Source: a virus
Lineage: Duplodnaviria; Caudoviricetes
Direction: 5' to 3' (one strand)
IMG/VR virus record: IMGVR_UViG_3300028581_000003
Location: 1-50,167 of that record
Length of the DNA stretch: 50,167 nt
Under the pieces are notes generated by a model. The model was not told the DNA's origin. It did no database searches and saw nothing but the letters and a program-made list of their open reading frames with translations. The position numbers were made by a program, and so were the translations under genes. Below, piece by piece: positions 35,960 through 44,105 of this stretch (position 1 is its first letter; each line of letters opens with the position of its first letter).

Positions 35960-36516
35960 CTGGATTTGCTCCCGTTGCTGCTGCAACGGCATCTAAAGGA
36001 TTCTTTGCTTCACTAATTGTATTTCTAAAATATGGATTTTGGTTTCTTGTTGTAATTCTTCTTTTTAGCTCTGCAGTTGTTAAGGGAGTTCAACAAAGAA
36101 GTGGCTCTGTATTTTTAATTGAATTGGCAAAAGAAATAGGACTTGCAACTAAGAATTTAGACGAGCAAAGTGAAAAGATAATTCTAAGCGAGAATGATGG
36201 AAAGTTTAAAGAATTGAAAGACTTCTATGGATTGTTTAAAGCTTTCATAATAATTTTTGCATGGTTAAGATTATTTGCTTGGCTGTTTAGCATTTCTCCT
36301 TGGTCAAATAAGCTGAATGTCTTTGCAAACTATTCAGCAGCCATCTTGATATTTTTATTTTTGCAAATACTTATCAACATGATGTATGGCTGGATGTCTG
36401 GTCAAGGCTCGATTGACACAGTTTTGAATGCAATCGGATTGCCCTTCAAGTCATTATATAATTCTTTCAAAGCAATAACTGTGTTTGCAGATAATTTGAA
36501 AGGAGGAATTAAATAA
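35956..36516 (+). CDS. Multi-TM membrane protein
   Basis: Three to four hydrophobic helices. Confidence 0.75.
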   Translation: MTGFAPVAAATASKGFFASLIVFLKYGFWFLVVILLFSSAVVKGVQQRSGSVFLIELAKEIGLATKNLDEQSEKIILSENDGKFKELKDFYGLFKAFIIIFAWLRLFAWLFSISPWSNKLNVFANYSAAILIFLFLQILINMMYGWMSGQGSIDTVLNAIGLPFKSLYNSFKAITVFADNLKGGIK

Positions 36517-36517
36517 A

Positions 36518-36583
36518 ATGGAAGACGAATTCGAAGAGGACGAATCTGAAGATGAAGAACAAGAAGTCAAAGAAGAGGATTAA
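36518..36583 (+). CDS. 21-aa hyperacidic peptide (not in track)
   Basis: AGGAGG SD; MEDEFEEDESEDEEQEVKEED*. Confidence 0.5.
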   Translation: MEDEFEEDESEDEEQEVKEED

Positions 36584-36989
36584 ACAATCTTATTGGATAG
36601 ACGGATTTTTTATTTTTTCTTTTACAAAGGGACAAGCAGAAAGGATTCTCAAAAGAGCAAAGAAAGCAGACATAAAAAGAAGAATCGAAGAGTGGAAATT
36701 ACGAGTTATAGAAAGAGACAATTGGACTTGTCAGAGATGTGACAATAAATTAGAAGACAGAAAGCATTGTCATCCTCATCACATAATTGCTTTGCAAGCT
36801 GTTCTCAGAAGTTATCAGGAGCTCTTGGATGATATCAACAACGGAGTTCTAACATGTTATTCTTGTCACAAGCGTGCACCGTTTTCTGCACACCAAGGTG
36901 GATTTGAATTTTCTTATTTCTTAATGAAGAAAAAGCCTGAGCAATACGAGTTCTTGAAAAGCTATTTAGAGAGCAAAAATAGCCTGTAA
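36552..36989 (+). CDS. HNH endonuclease
   Basis: W...V.ERDNWTCQRC...HPHHI...NGVLTCYSCH. Confidence 0.88.
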   Translation: MKNKKSKKRIKQSYWIDGFFIFSFTKGQAERILKRAKKADIKRRIEEWKLRVIERDNWTCQRCDNKLEDRKHCHPHHIIALQAVLRSYQELLDDINNGVLTCYSCHKRAPFSAHQGGFEFSYFLMKKKPEQYEFLKSYLESKNSL

Positions 36990-37074
36990 ATATATCAAAG
37001 AAGATTAAAATACCCACCTAGAATCGCTTTATTTGGCTTATTTTTGAGTGTTTTTCAAGCTTAAAATGATATAA

Positions 37075-37137
37075 CCTGGAAAAGAGTGCACAAGTAAAGT
37101 GTATCTAAAACCAAATACCTTTGCACTCTCTTCTAGG
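37075..37137. other. Long stem-loop in convergent intergenic region
   Basis: CCTGGAAAAGAGTGCA / TGCACTCTCTTCTAGG, 14 of 16 complementary. Confidence 0.6.
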
Positions 37138-37185
37138 AAAAAAGAGGTGATAATAAAACAAATATTATTATCTTTTTAAATTTAT

Positions 37186-37377
37186 TTATTTATTTAGAAT
37201 AGCATTGATAAGAGCTCTAAACTGCTCTTTCAAAGCGTTTTTTTCTTTTTCAGAAGTCAGAGTTTTTTGCAATTTTTTATATCTGTTTTTTGCTTGTCTT
37301 GCAAGAACTTTTAATGTCTTTTCATTTGATGTCTTTTCAGCAAAGCTTTCAATTTCCTTGAAGTAATTTTTTTTCAT
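37186..37377 (-). CDS. Small basic protein
   Basis: Leaderless start at canonical TATA spacing. Confidence 0.65.
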   Translation of the reverse strand: MKKNYFKEIESFAEKTSNEKTLKVLARQAKNRYKKLQKTLTSEKEKNALKEQFRALINAILNK

Positions 37378-37457
37378 AATAATTTGAATAATTTGATCTT
37401 TATAAATTTATTTATTAAAAAAGAAAAATCTGATGTCTGCACATCAGAGTTGTATAT

Positions 37458-37673
37458 TTATCGCATATATTTGCCCATCAAACTTCTAACTCCAACCCAA
37501 GCACCAGAAATACCTACAAGAGAATATACAAAAGTGGATAACCAAGACATGGAAAGAGCATTTGATAAAGCTTCAACAACATTCATATTTAGAACTTCAA
37601 GTCCCCAATTAAGAGCACCCACAGTCGCTAAAATTCCTGCTGTCAAATCGAGAGCTTTGAATTTTTTTGCCAT
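37458..37673 (-). CDS. DUF378-family small membrane protein
   Basis: VGALNWGL...NVV...VYSLVGIS signature; GGAGG SD. Confidence 0.8.
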   Translation of the reverse strand: MAKKFKALDLTAGILATVGALNWGLEVLNMNVVEALSNALSMSWLSTFVYSLVGISGAWVGVRSLMGKYMR

Positions 37674-37734
37674 CTATTTCGTGTTTCCTCCTTTCAATTT
37701 TTGATAAAATACTTTTTCCATCACATTTCACCTT

Positions 37735-37890
37735 TCATGATATTCTTTTTATCAAATCTTCTTCTTTTGCCATATATTTTCGTGCTTTTACAAAGTCTTT
37801 TTTTATCCCAAGATTTATTATATTTCGATAAATAGAAGTTTTTCTTTTTTGTATCTTTTCCAACTGTTTGATTAAGGATGGAGATGGCAT
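37735..37890 (-). CDS. Small basic protein (51 aa, not in track)
   Basis: MPSPSLIKQLEKIQKRK...; TAATG overlap. Confidence 0.55.
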   Translation of the reverse strand: MPSPSLIKQLEKIQKRKTSIYRNIINLGIKKDFVKARKYMAKEEDLIKRIS

Positions 37891-38114
37891 TAGTTTTTCC
37901 TCATATAAGATTTAGCAAAATTGAGTGCATCTGATTTTTTCTTTGTAGAAATTTGGTCTTTCAAACCTTTGCCATACCAAGAGTCTCCTATTGCAACAAA
38001 CCAGACAAGAGGAGTTTTTGCAGCATATATTGCTACCAATTTTGCCTTTTTCAAGTTTGAGTATTCAATCATATATGGATGATTTCTTATCTTTTTCCAA
38101 TCTTTTAGTGCCAT
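37890..38114 (-). CDS. Small basic protein
   Basis: MALKDWKK...AKSYMRKN; GGAGG SD. Confidence 0.7.
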   Translation of the reverse strand: MALKDWKKIRNHPYMIEYSNLKKAKLVAIYAAKTPLVWFVAIGDSWYGKGLKDQISTKKKSDALNFAKSYMRKN

Positions 38115-38115
38115 G

Positions 38116-38310
38116 TTACTCGTTTATCCTCCAAAGAAATCCTATTAAAATAGACAAGAATACTGGAATATTCCAAAGTCCTGTTCTTAGCATCTGAGTG
38201 TCTCCATTATTAATTCCTGTGTAAATAAGATAAGCTATTTGCAAAAAGAAAGCAGCCAAACCGAGGAAGAAAAGCACTTCAGCAATATTTTTCTTGTTTT
38301 GTTTTTTCAT
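38116..38310 (-). CDS. Small two-TM protein
   Basis: Hydrophobic; coupled. Confidence 0.65.
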   Translation of the reverse strand: MKKQNKKNIAEVLFFLGLAAFFLQIAYLIYTGINNGDTQMLRTGLWNIPVFLSILIGFLWRINE

Positions 38311-38477
38311 TTCACAGTCCTCAATATTTTAGCTTCGACTCTCTTAACGAATTGCTCTTTTTTCATTTTATTCTTTTTTGTTAAAGCTTGAGAAAAACTT
38401 GTTACTGTATGAGTTTCTGAAATAACAGGCTTGTTTTTTTCATCATAAGCAATTAATTGAATTTTGTATTTTGTCAT
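38307..38477 (-). CDS. Small basic protein (56 aa, not in track)
   Basis: MTKYKIQLIAYDEKNKPVISE...; fills the gap, ATGA overlap. Confidence 0.6.
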   Translation of the reverse strand: MTKYKIQLIAYDEKNKPVISETHTVTSFSQALTKKNKMKKEQFVKRVEAKILRTVK

Positions 38478-38478
38478 T

Positions 38479-38688
38479 TTAATAAAGAGCTGGATTTTTC
38501 CTTCCTCCTTTAATTCTTATGTGATTGTCTGGTGCAATTGGAGTTGCTTCAAAATTAAACGCAAGTTTTCTTGCAGTTTTGTGCAAGGATAAATAAACTT
38601 GTTTGATTGCTTGCTTTTCGGTTTTTGCTTCAACAATTCTTTTGTATTCTAATTCGGGTCCTTTGAATGTTACTCTGTAGGTTTTCAT
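38479..38688 (-). CDS. Small basic protein
   Basis: MKTYRV...VEAKTEKQAI pattern common in viral micro-genes. Confidence 0.65.
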   Translation of the reverse strand: MKTYRVTFKGPELEYKRIVEAKTEKQAIKQVYLSLHKTARKLAFNFEATPIAPDNHIRIKGGRKNPALY

Positions 38689-38939
38689 TTCTTTTTATCA
38701 TTCTTACCATATAATTTATTTTGCATTTTCAAATATTTTGGTTTCAATTTTCCATTATCATATAAAGAATTGTTAAACAGATCATACATTCCTGCAATTG
38801 TATAAGAAAATTTGTTGCCCAGTCTATCTCTAAAATCCATGGAATAATGCCAATCAGGATGCAAAGCTGCTTTATACCAGTCCTTGATGTTTTTTGATAT
38901 TTTTATTCCCATTTTCTTAAACTGCTCTTCTGAAATCAT
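38685..38939 (-). CDS. Small hypothetical protein
   Basis: GGTGA SD, ATGA overlaps. Confidence 0.65.
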   Translation of the reverse strand: MISEEQFKKMGIKISKNIKDWYKAALHPDWHYSMDFRDRLGNKFSYTIAGMYDLFNNSLYDNGKLKPKYLKMQNKLYGKNDKKK

Positions 38940-39064
38940 TTTTTCTTCACCTTTTTCTTTCCTCTTGCCATTTTAGCTTCGCAGACATTTCCTTGTCCAT
39001 CTATGTAATATAGAAATCCTGGTTTTCTTACCACTGCATTTTTGACGATTATTTTTGAGACCAT
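38936..39064 (-). CDS. 42-aa basic protein, possible nucleic-acid binder (not in track)
   Basis: MVSKIIVKNAVVRKPGFLYYIDGQGNVCEAKMARGKKKVKKK. Confidence 0.7.
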   Translation of the reverse strand: MVSKIIVKNAVVRKPGFLYYIDGQGNVCEAKMARGKKKVKKK

Positions 39065-39065
39065 G

Positions 39066-39185
39066 TTATTTCTTATAACTCTTCTTTGCAACTTTCATCG
39101 CATCGCTTAATTTAATTGATGAGTCTCTTTTTTTCAAGTCTGCATAAACAGACATTAAGTGTTTTTGCCATTTTGATTGTGCCAT
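39066..39185 (-). CDS. 39-aa basic helical protein, possible DNA-condensing protein (not in track)
   Basis: MAQSKWQKHLMSVYADLKKRDSSIKLSDAMKVAKKSYKK. Confidence 0.7.
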   Translation of the reverse strand: MAQSKWQKHLMSVYADLKKRDSSIKLSDAMKVAKKSYKK

Positions 39186-39547
39186 TTGTTAATCCCAGTC
39201 ATCTTTTAATTTAGTAGCTAAACCTAATAGTTGAATTTTATCTCTTGAAGATATTTTTATATGCGAGATTAGATGAACAAAACTTTCTAAATCCCAAGCA
39301 GTGCCTTGAAAATAATTAATAGCAGAACGAGCATTTTTTATTGTTTTTATGTCTTTAATTTCTGATTTTTCTTCTTCAGAGTTATACCCTGAATTTTTTA
39401 CAACTGATAAAGCCTCCGATTTTAAAATTTTAATTGTTTTCAGAGATAGTGTCATTTAATCAAAGCCAAGTTTTTCAACTTTGGCACCCTTAAATTTATT
39501 TTTAAAAATCTTAATCCATTTTGCCATTTTGATTGTGCCATTTGTTA
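39163..39547. repeat. 29-bp direct repeat (39163-39191 and 39519-39547) spanning a stop codon and gene start
   Basis: Minus strand TAACAAATGGCACAATCAAAATGGCAAAA twice. Confidence 0.9.
39189..39455 (-). CDS. Hypothetical protein between the 29-bp repeats
   Basis: 88 aa ORF in array. Confidence 0.65.
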   Translation of the reverse strand: MTLSLKTIKILKSEALSVVKNSGYNSEEEKSEIKDIKTIKNARSAINYFQGTAWDLESFVHLISHIKISSRDKIQLLGLATKLKDDWD

Positions 39548-39715
39548 GTTCCAAAGTTTCTCCAATATTTTAATTGCATCTTGGACTTCATCTGCTTCCA
39601 AATTATAATGTTCTTCAAGCAACTTTCCCTTTGTTCTTTTTAATTGAGCTATATCTGTCTTTATTAATCTTAAAGATTTTGCAATCGATCCTGATCCCAA
39701 GTCTTTTAATGCCAT
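39545..39715 (-). CDS. Small protein (56 aa, not in track)
   Basis: MALKDLGSGSIAKSLRLIK...LWN*. Confidence 0.6.
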   Translation of the reverse strand: MALKDLGSGSIAKSLRLIKTDIAQLKRTKGKLLEEHYNLEADEVQDAIKILEKLWN

Positions 39716-39717
39716 TG

Positions 39718-39903
39718 TTATAATCTTCCTGTTCTCAAAAGAACATTTAATTTATACATCTTTTCATCGATGTATTCTTGCTCAGAATTAGAGCCTGCTT
39801 TCCATTTATTTAGAGCAACCAAAATACTTTTAATGTAACCTTTTGCATTTGCAACTACCTCTCTTCGATCTTGCAGTTCTTTTTTCGTCGATTGATAACT
39901 CAT
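39718..39903 (-). CDS. Small hypothetical protein
   Basis: GGTGG SD, ATGA overlap. Confidence 0.65.
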   Translation of the reverse strand: MSYQSTKKELQDRREVVANAKGYIKSILVALNKWKAGSNSEQEYIDEKMYKLNVLLRTGRL

Positions 39904-40115
39904 ATTTCCACCACCTTTAAATTACTTTTTAGCATTCTTTTATACAAATGTTTTGGTGACATCTTTCCGAAAGAGCCTTTGGAAGCAATATCTAAAGATG
40001 CATAGAAAATAGCTTGTTTTGAAGAATAAGCTTGAATTTTATAACCATCCAATTCAATTACATCATTTGGCAAAGTCATTTTTATTCGACCTGTGATTTT
40101 GTAAGTGTTTTTCAT
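39900..40115 (-). CDS. Small basic protein, first gene of micro-gene operon
   Basis: Leaderless start downstream of class B promoter. Confidence 0.7.
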   Translation of the reverse strand: MKNTYKITGRIKMTLPNDVIELDGYKIQAYSSKQAIFYASLDIASKGSFGKMSPKHLYKRMLKSNLKVVEI

Positions 40116-40135
40116 GTATATTTATTGTTTTTTTA

Positions 40136-40203
40136 GTTTATAAATATTATTATTAATTTTATTTTAAGAGAAAAACCAATCATTAATAATAATATTTATA
40201 AAC
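40136..40203. promoter_or_regulatory. Back-to-back class B promoters forming a perfect 22-bp inverted repeat
   Basis: GTTTATAAATATTATTATTAAT (40136-40157) / ATTAATAATAATATTTATAAAC (40182-40203). Confidence 0.85.
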
Positions 40204-40223
40204 ATTTGTTTATTTGCACATTA

Positions 40224-40283
40224 ATGAATAAATTAGGAGAAACAATGACAAAGAAAAAAGCAGTCAAAAAGAAAAAGAGATAA
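40224..40283 (+). CDS. Lys-rich micro-peptide (19 aa, or 12 aa from the internal ATG)
   Basis: MNKLGET-MTKKKAVKKKKR*; own promoter, internal AGGAG SD, T-tract downstream. Confidence 0.45.
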   Translation: MNKLGETMTKKKAVKKKKR

Positions 40284-40317
40284 GTAAACTTTTTTCAGAA
40301 AATCTTTTTTTATGTTT

Positions 40318-40632
40318 TTATTTTTTAACATCATAAGCCCAATTCTTTAGAGCAATTTCATTTTTCGTATATCCACAAGCAACAATCTTTGAGGATTTTA
40401 TTTCTCGTGCTCTTGCTAAATAAGAAATTGTTTTCAAAGCTTTTTTGCAAGTCAATTGTGTCCAATCACTTTTATTAAGAGATAATATGTAAAGATTTCG
40501 TCTAACTGGTTCTCTAGAAAGAGATGCTTTTAACGAACATGGGTTTTTGTTCCATGCTAACATTTCGGAATAAGACATGTTTACAGCTGAGCAGTATCTT
40601 CTAAAAATGTCATCAATGTTATATGTATTCAT
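40318..40632 (-). CDS. DUF3140-like protein
   Basis: VNMS..E...W...RR...L...DWT...K.ISY..R...ALKNWAYD pattern. Confidence 0.65.
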   Translation of the reverse strand: MNTYNIDDIFRRYCSAVNMSYSEMLAWNKNPCSLKASLSREPVRRNLYILSLNKSDWTQLTCKKALKTISYLARAREIKSSKIVACGYTKNEIALKNWAYDVKK

Positions 40633-40633
40633 C

Positions 40634-40921
40634 TTAAGAAAGAAGTCCTATAAACTTCTGAAAATAATCAAATATGGTGTTTGGATTAAAGTATATTCCA
40701 AGCAAAAGAATTGCTCCTGCAATGGTGGTTAAAAACCAAATTCCGAGCATTTTAAGCTTGCTTTCTTTTCCATGTATAAATATCATTCCCACTATTAAAA
40801 GTATCAAGGATAGCCCTGCAAACAGTGTTAAAAGTGAAGGTAAAGCCACTGATTGACCAACTTCCGTTATAAACTGCTCTTTTGGAAGAGTGCAAACTTC
40901 TGTGATGTTTAAAGATGTCAT
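40634..40921 (-). CDS. Two-TM membrane protein
   Basis: Hydrophobic helices, ATGA overlap. Confidence 0.7.
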   Translation of the reverse strand: MTSLNITEVCTLPKEQFITEVGQSVALPSLLTLFAGLSLILLIVGMIFIHGKESKLKMLGIWFLTTIAGAILLLGIYFNPNTIFDYFQKFIGLLS

Positions 40922-41046
40922 TTGCTATTTACAGAGAAGAGAACTCTATCTTTGAATTCTTCTGCCTTTCCATCATTCCACTGAGATGTTGGTCTGATAT
41001 ATCCACACACTCGAGAGTAGACTTCGCAGCGAGTTCTTTCTTTCAT
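40918..41046 (-). CDS. Stand-alone glycyl-radical peptide homologous to the class III RNR (NrdD) C-terminus (42 aa, not in track)
   Basis: MKERTRCEVYSRVCGYIRPTSQWNDGKAEEFKDRVLFSVNSK: RVCGY loop and WNxGKxxEFxDR. Confidence 0.9.
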   Translation of the reverse strand: MKERTRCEVYSRVCGYIRPTSQWNDGKAEEFKDRVLFSVNSK

Positions 41047-41219
41047 ATTGCTCGGAGTTTCTCTAATTTATTTAGAAATCTTATGTGATCTTCCTCGTCT
41101 CTGATAATTTTTTTGATTACAGGAATCATTTTAGGATTTTTAACTCCTTGTGCTAAATAAGCTTTGTATGCAGTTATTGCTTCTCTTTCGTCTTTGATTA
41201 AGTCTTTTATTGTTAGCAT
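41043..41219 (-). CDS. Half-ferritin/rubrerythrin-like two-helix protein (58 aa, not in track)
   Basis: DEREAITAY...IIRDEEDH (E..A..Y and ExxH diiron ligands). Confidence 0.75.
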   Translation of the reverse strand: MLTIKDLIKDEREAITAYKAYLAQGVKNPKMIPVIKKIIRDEEDHIRFLNKLEKLRAI

Positions 41220-41296
41220 TTTTCACATGAGATTAAATTCACTGCATCTCTCTGACGGAAGACACAGCAAACTTAAATTTAATTCGTAATTCCCTA

Positions 41297-42745
41297 TCAT
41301 TTTTTCTTCTTGCTTCCTTTTTTAATTTCAGGTCTAAATATAATTAAAGCAGAGACGAGAACAATAACTATTGAGCCAGCAACAATTAAATAAACCAGCC
41401 ATCCAGCAACATTACAAGTTGGAGTTTCTACAACTGTTGGTTTTCCTAGTCCAAAATAATTATACCAAGATCTTGAGATGGTTACTTTTGTTCCTGGAAC
41501 TTGCCACCATAAGGAACATGTGTCAGAATCATTAACCGAACAATCTGACTTGCAAGTATCAATGCTTTCCCAGCTTTCACACTTTCCATTTCCACAAGCA
41601 TTATTAATGTTGCATCCAACACATGTTTCTTTGCACTCAAATCCTGAACAAATTTCTCCTGCATTACATTGAGAATCAAGTGTGCAAGCAACTTGTTTTA
41701 TCTGAGCAACACATTTGCTGTTTACACAAGCATATTTTATAGCTCGCTTTCCAGATGCATCAGAAGCATCTCTTTGCCATTGATCACTTGTACAGGGCTT
41801 TGTTGCCGAGCATTCTGCATTTGCTGTTGATACCCACATATTATTTCTACAAACTTTTGTTGGAGTTGAGTCACCATTACAGCAGTCAACATTTCGTATG
41901 AAGTCACTATAGGAGGGAGAGACAATCTGATAAGTTCCACTCTCTGTTGTAACTTCTTCAATCTGATATAAAGATCCTCCACTTGCAGTCGAAACACAAT
42001 AAGCACCAGCAACATCTGTTCCTCTTGAGAAACTTGGAACTGTAACATGTCTTGTGAAATATGTATAAGCTTCATTTGGCTCTAATCTATCAGGATTTCC
42101 TTCTTTTGCTCCCAAGTCTATAGATGAAGATATAATTATGTCCGAGGATATCTGTGAAGAAATTTCACAAGAAGTTTTTCCTATATTTGTTATTGCTTGT
42201 CCATTTGAAGATGAGAAACTATCATACTTTTTAATAACATAAGGCTGATAATTGTAAAAATACTGAATCGCTTTGTTATCTATTTTCCATTGTAGCAATA
42301 AATTTTGATATTCGACTTTAATGTTATAGTAGATTGGATTTAAATAATCTCCTGGAATTAGAGTTTCAATAATCGCATTTGTTTGAGAGGAAGAACTTCC
42401 AAACATTGAATTAAATTTCTTTTGAAATATTTTATTTCCCAATTGATCAGTTACAGTGACTCTTCTTTCAAAATCGGACCACCAGCTATAATCGGGAGTT
42501 TTAACAACAAGTTGACAATTTGTTGTTGGTCCAACTTCCGAACATCCCACTTGCTTTTCTCCAATCATGGAAAAGACCGATGAAGACTTAACAGTTCCAG
42601 AAGGGTCACATTTTATAAATCCAAACATCGGAGCTTGAACATATCCTTTATCAGAAAGAGTCGTCTGCTGAATTCCAAAAGCAGCAATACCTATTAAAAT
42701 AATTAAAGCAAGAACTCCAATCAATGTTCTGTTGTTTTTTTTCAT
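41297..42745 (-). CDS. Cys-rich secreted protein with C-terminal TM and Lys tail (putative spike/envelope protein)
   Basis: N-terminal TM, many Cys incl. CGNGKCE...CKSDC, C-terminal TM plus KKGSKKKK. Confidence 0.85.
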   Translation of the reverse strand: MKKNNRTLIGVLALIILIGIAAFGIQQTTLSDKGYVQAPMFGFIKCDPSGTVKSSSVFSMIGEKQVGCSEVGPTTNCQLVVKTPDYSWWSDFERRVTVTDQLGNKIFQKKFNSMFGSSSSQTNAIIETLIPGDYLNPIYYNIKVEYQNLLLQWKIDNKAIQYFYNYQPYVIKKYDSFSSSNGQAITNIGKTSCEISSQISSDIIISSSIDLGAKEGNPDRLEPNEAYTYFTRHVTVPSFSRGTDVAGAYCVSTASGGSLYQIEEVTTESGTYQIVSPSYSDFIRNVDCCNGDSTPTKVCRNNMWVSTANAECSATKPCTSDQWQRDASDASGKRAIKYACVNSKCVAQIKQVACTLDSQCNAGEICSGFECKETCVGCNINNACGNGKCESWESIDTCKSDCSVNDSDTCSLWWQVPGTKVTISRSWYNYFGLGKPTVVETPTCNVAGWLVYLIVAGSIVIVLVSALIIFRPEIKKGSKKKK

Positions 42746-42765
42746 GTAATTTAATGCCTTTTTAT

Positions 42766-42788
42766 CTTTATAAATATTATTATTAATT
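42766..42788 (-). promoter_or_regulatory. Class B promoter
   Basis: AATTAATAATAATATTTATAAAG, ATG 21 nt after its last base. Confidence 0.8.
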
Positions 42789-44105
42789 TTATTTTCGTCT
42801 TGACATAAGATTTTTAACGATAAGCATTATCATTATTAGCATAAAGAAGCCAAATCCAATTGCAAAATAAACTCCATATTTTTGAAAGAACCAGTCTATT
42901 CCTTTTTCTGTGCTATCCTCGATAATTATATCTTTTTCACAAGCTTCCTTTGTCGAATATTGAGCTTTATCGTCAACTGATTGACATTTGTTATTTTCTA
43001 AAATATATCCAGGAGTTTTAGAAACTGAGCAAACTGAACACATTGAGCCACCACAATCTATTCCAACTTCGTCTTGATTTCGAGTTCCATCAAAACATGT
43101 TTCTAAAATTATTTCATCTTCATCATCAACAGGAGGTGGAGGAAGAGGAGGAGTGATTATCTCTTCTTTAATAACACAATTCTTTGAACCGCTTCCAGAT
43201 GTTGAAGAAGAAGTTCCTTCAATAACATATCCTGAAGAGCAAATGGTTTTTAATTCTGTGGAAGTTATAGAAACTGTGCAAGAGACAGAGTCAACTGTTT
43301 CATAAGCTCTTCTTTGAACATTGCCATTATCGATAGAAGCAAAGTTTGCCCAACTTGTCCATCCTGATTTCTTAGAACAAGTTGGAGGTGTAACTGTATC
43401 GGTAATTGTTAATTCATTAATAGAAACTCCACCGCTATAACTTGACATAGAACAAGAACTCAAAGCATAAGAAGTTGTTGGACACAGATACAGTTCAGTA
43501 ACTCCTCTATATTTTCCTGCTTGCTGAGCATAGAAAGTCATAGAGACTCTTTTATTTGTTATCCCATCATTTCTATAATCAGGAGTATAAACTCCTAGTC
43601 TTGAATTGTCTTTGTAAATTCCAAAAACAACTTTGCCAACAAATTGATTTCCTATTTTTGCAGGAATTTGATCATATATCGTTGTTTGCTCTCCAACCTT
43701 TAAAGAAGTTGTTCCAAAAGCAGATTGTTGCACTTTGAAAACTGAGAATATTTTATCCCAAATCGTTGGTGTGTAAATTTTATATTCAATCATTCCAATT
43801 TGTGGGTCATCAACATATTCTATTTGGTCGTTGCTAACAAAAGAATTTTGAACAAGCAAAGAAGACGATGCAATAAACATGACTCCAATAAGCAAAAAAA
43901 ACATCATATATTTTCCTTTTGTTTTATTAAAGTCGCCCTTAAAGCCAAATATAAGCGTTAGAACAACAATTGCAGCTCCTATTAATAGAAACTTATTCAT
44001 ATTGATAAAGAATCCAATTCCTAAAACCAAAAATAATATTCCAACAATTAAAGCTATCACCATTCCTAGTGTTAAAACTGGAAAAAATCCTCTTTTATTA
44101 TTCAT
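42789..44105 (-). CDS. Membrane protein with class III-like signal, three N-terminal TMs, Cys-rich region and C-terminal TM
   Basis: MNNKRG-FF prepilin-like start; CFDGTRNQDEVGIDCGG motif; Pro linker; TM plus SRRK. Confidence 0.85.
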   Translation of the reverse strand: MNNKRGFFPVLTLGMVIALIVGILFLVLGIGFFINMNKFLLIGAAIVVLTLIFGFKGDFNKTKGKYMMFFLLIGVMFIASSSLLVQNSFVSNDQIEYVDDPQIGMIEYKIYTPTIWDKIFSVFKVQQSAFGTTSLKVGEQTTIYDQIPAKIGNQFVGKVVFGIYKDNSRLGVYTPDYRNDGITNKRVSMTFYAQQAGKYRGVTELYLCPTTSYALSSCSMSSYSGGVSINELTITDTVTPPTCSKKSGWTSWANFASIDNGNVQRRAYETVDSVSCTVSITSTELKTICSSGYVIEGTSSSTSGSGSKNCVIKEEIITPPLPPPPVDDEDEIILETCFDGTRNQDEVGIDCGGSMCSVCSVSKTPGYILENNKCQSVDDKAQYSTKEACEKDIIIEDSTEKGIDWFFQKYGVYFAIGFGFFMLIMIMLIVKNLMSRRK

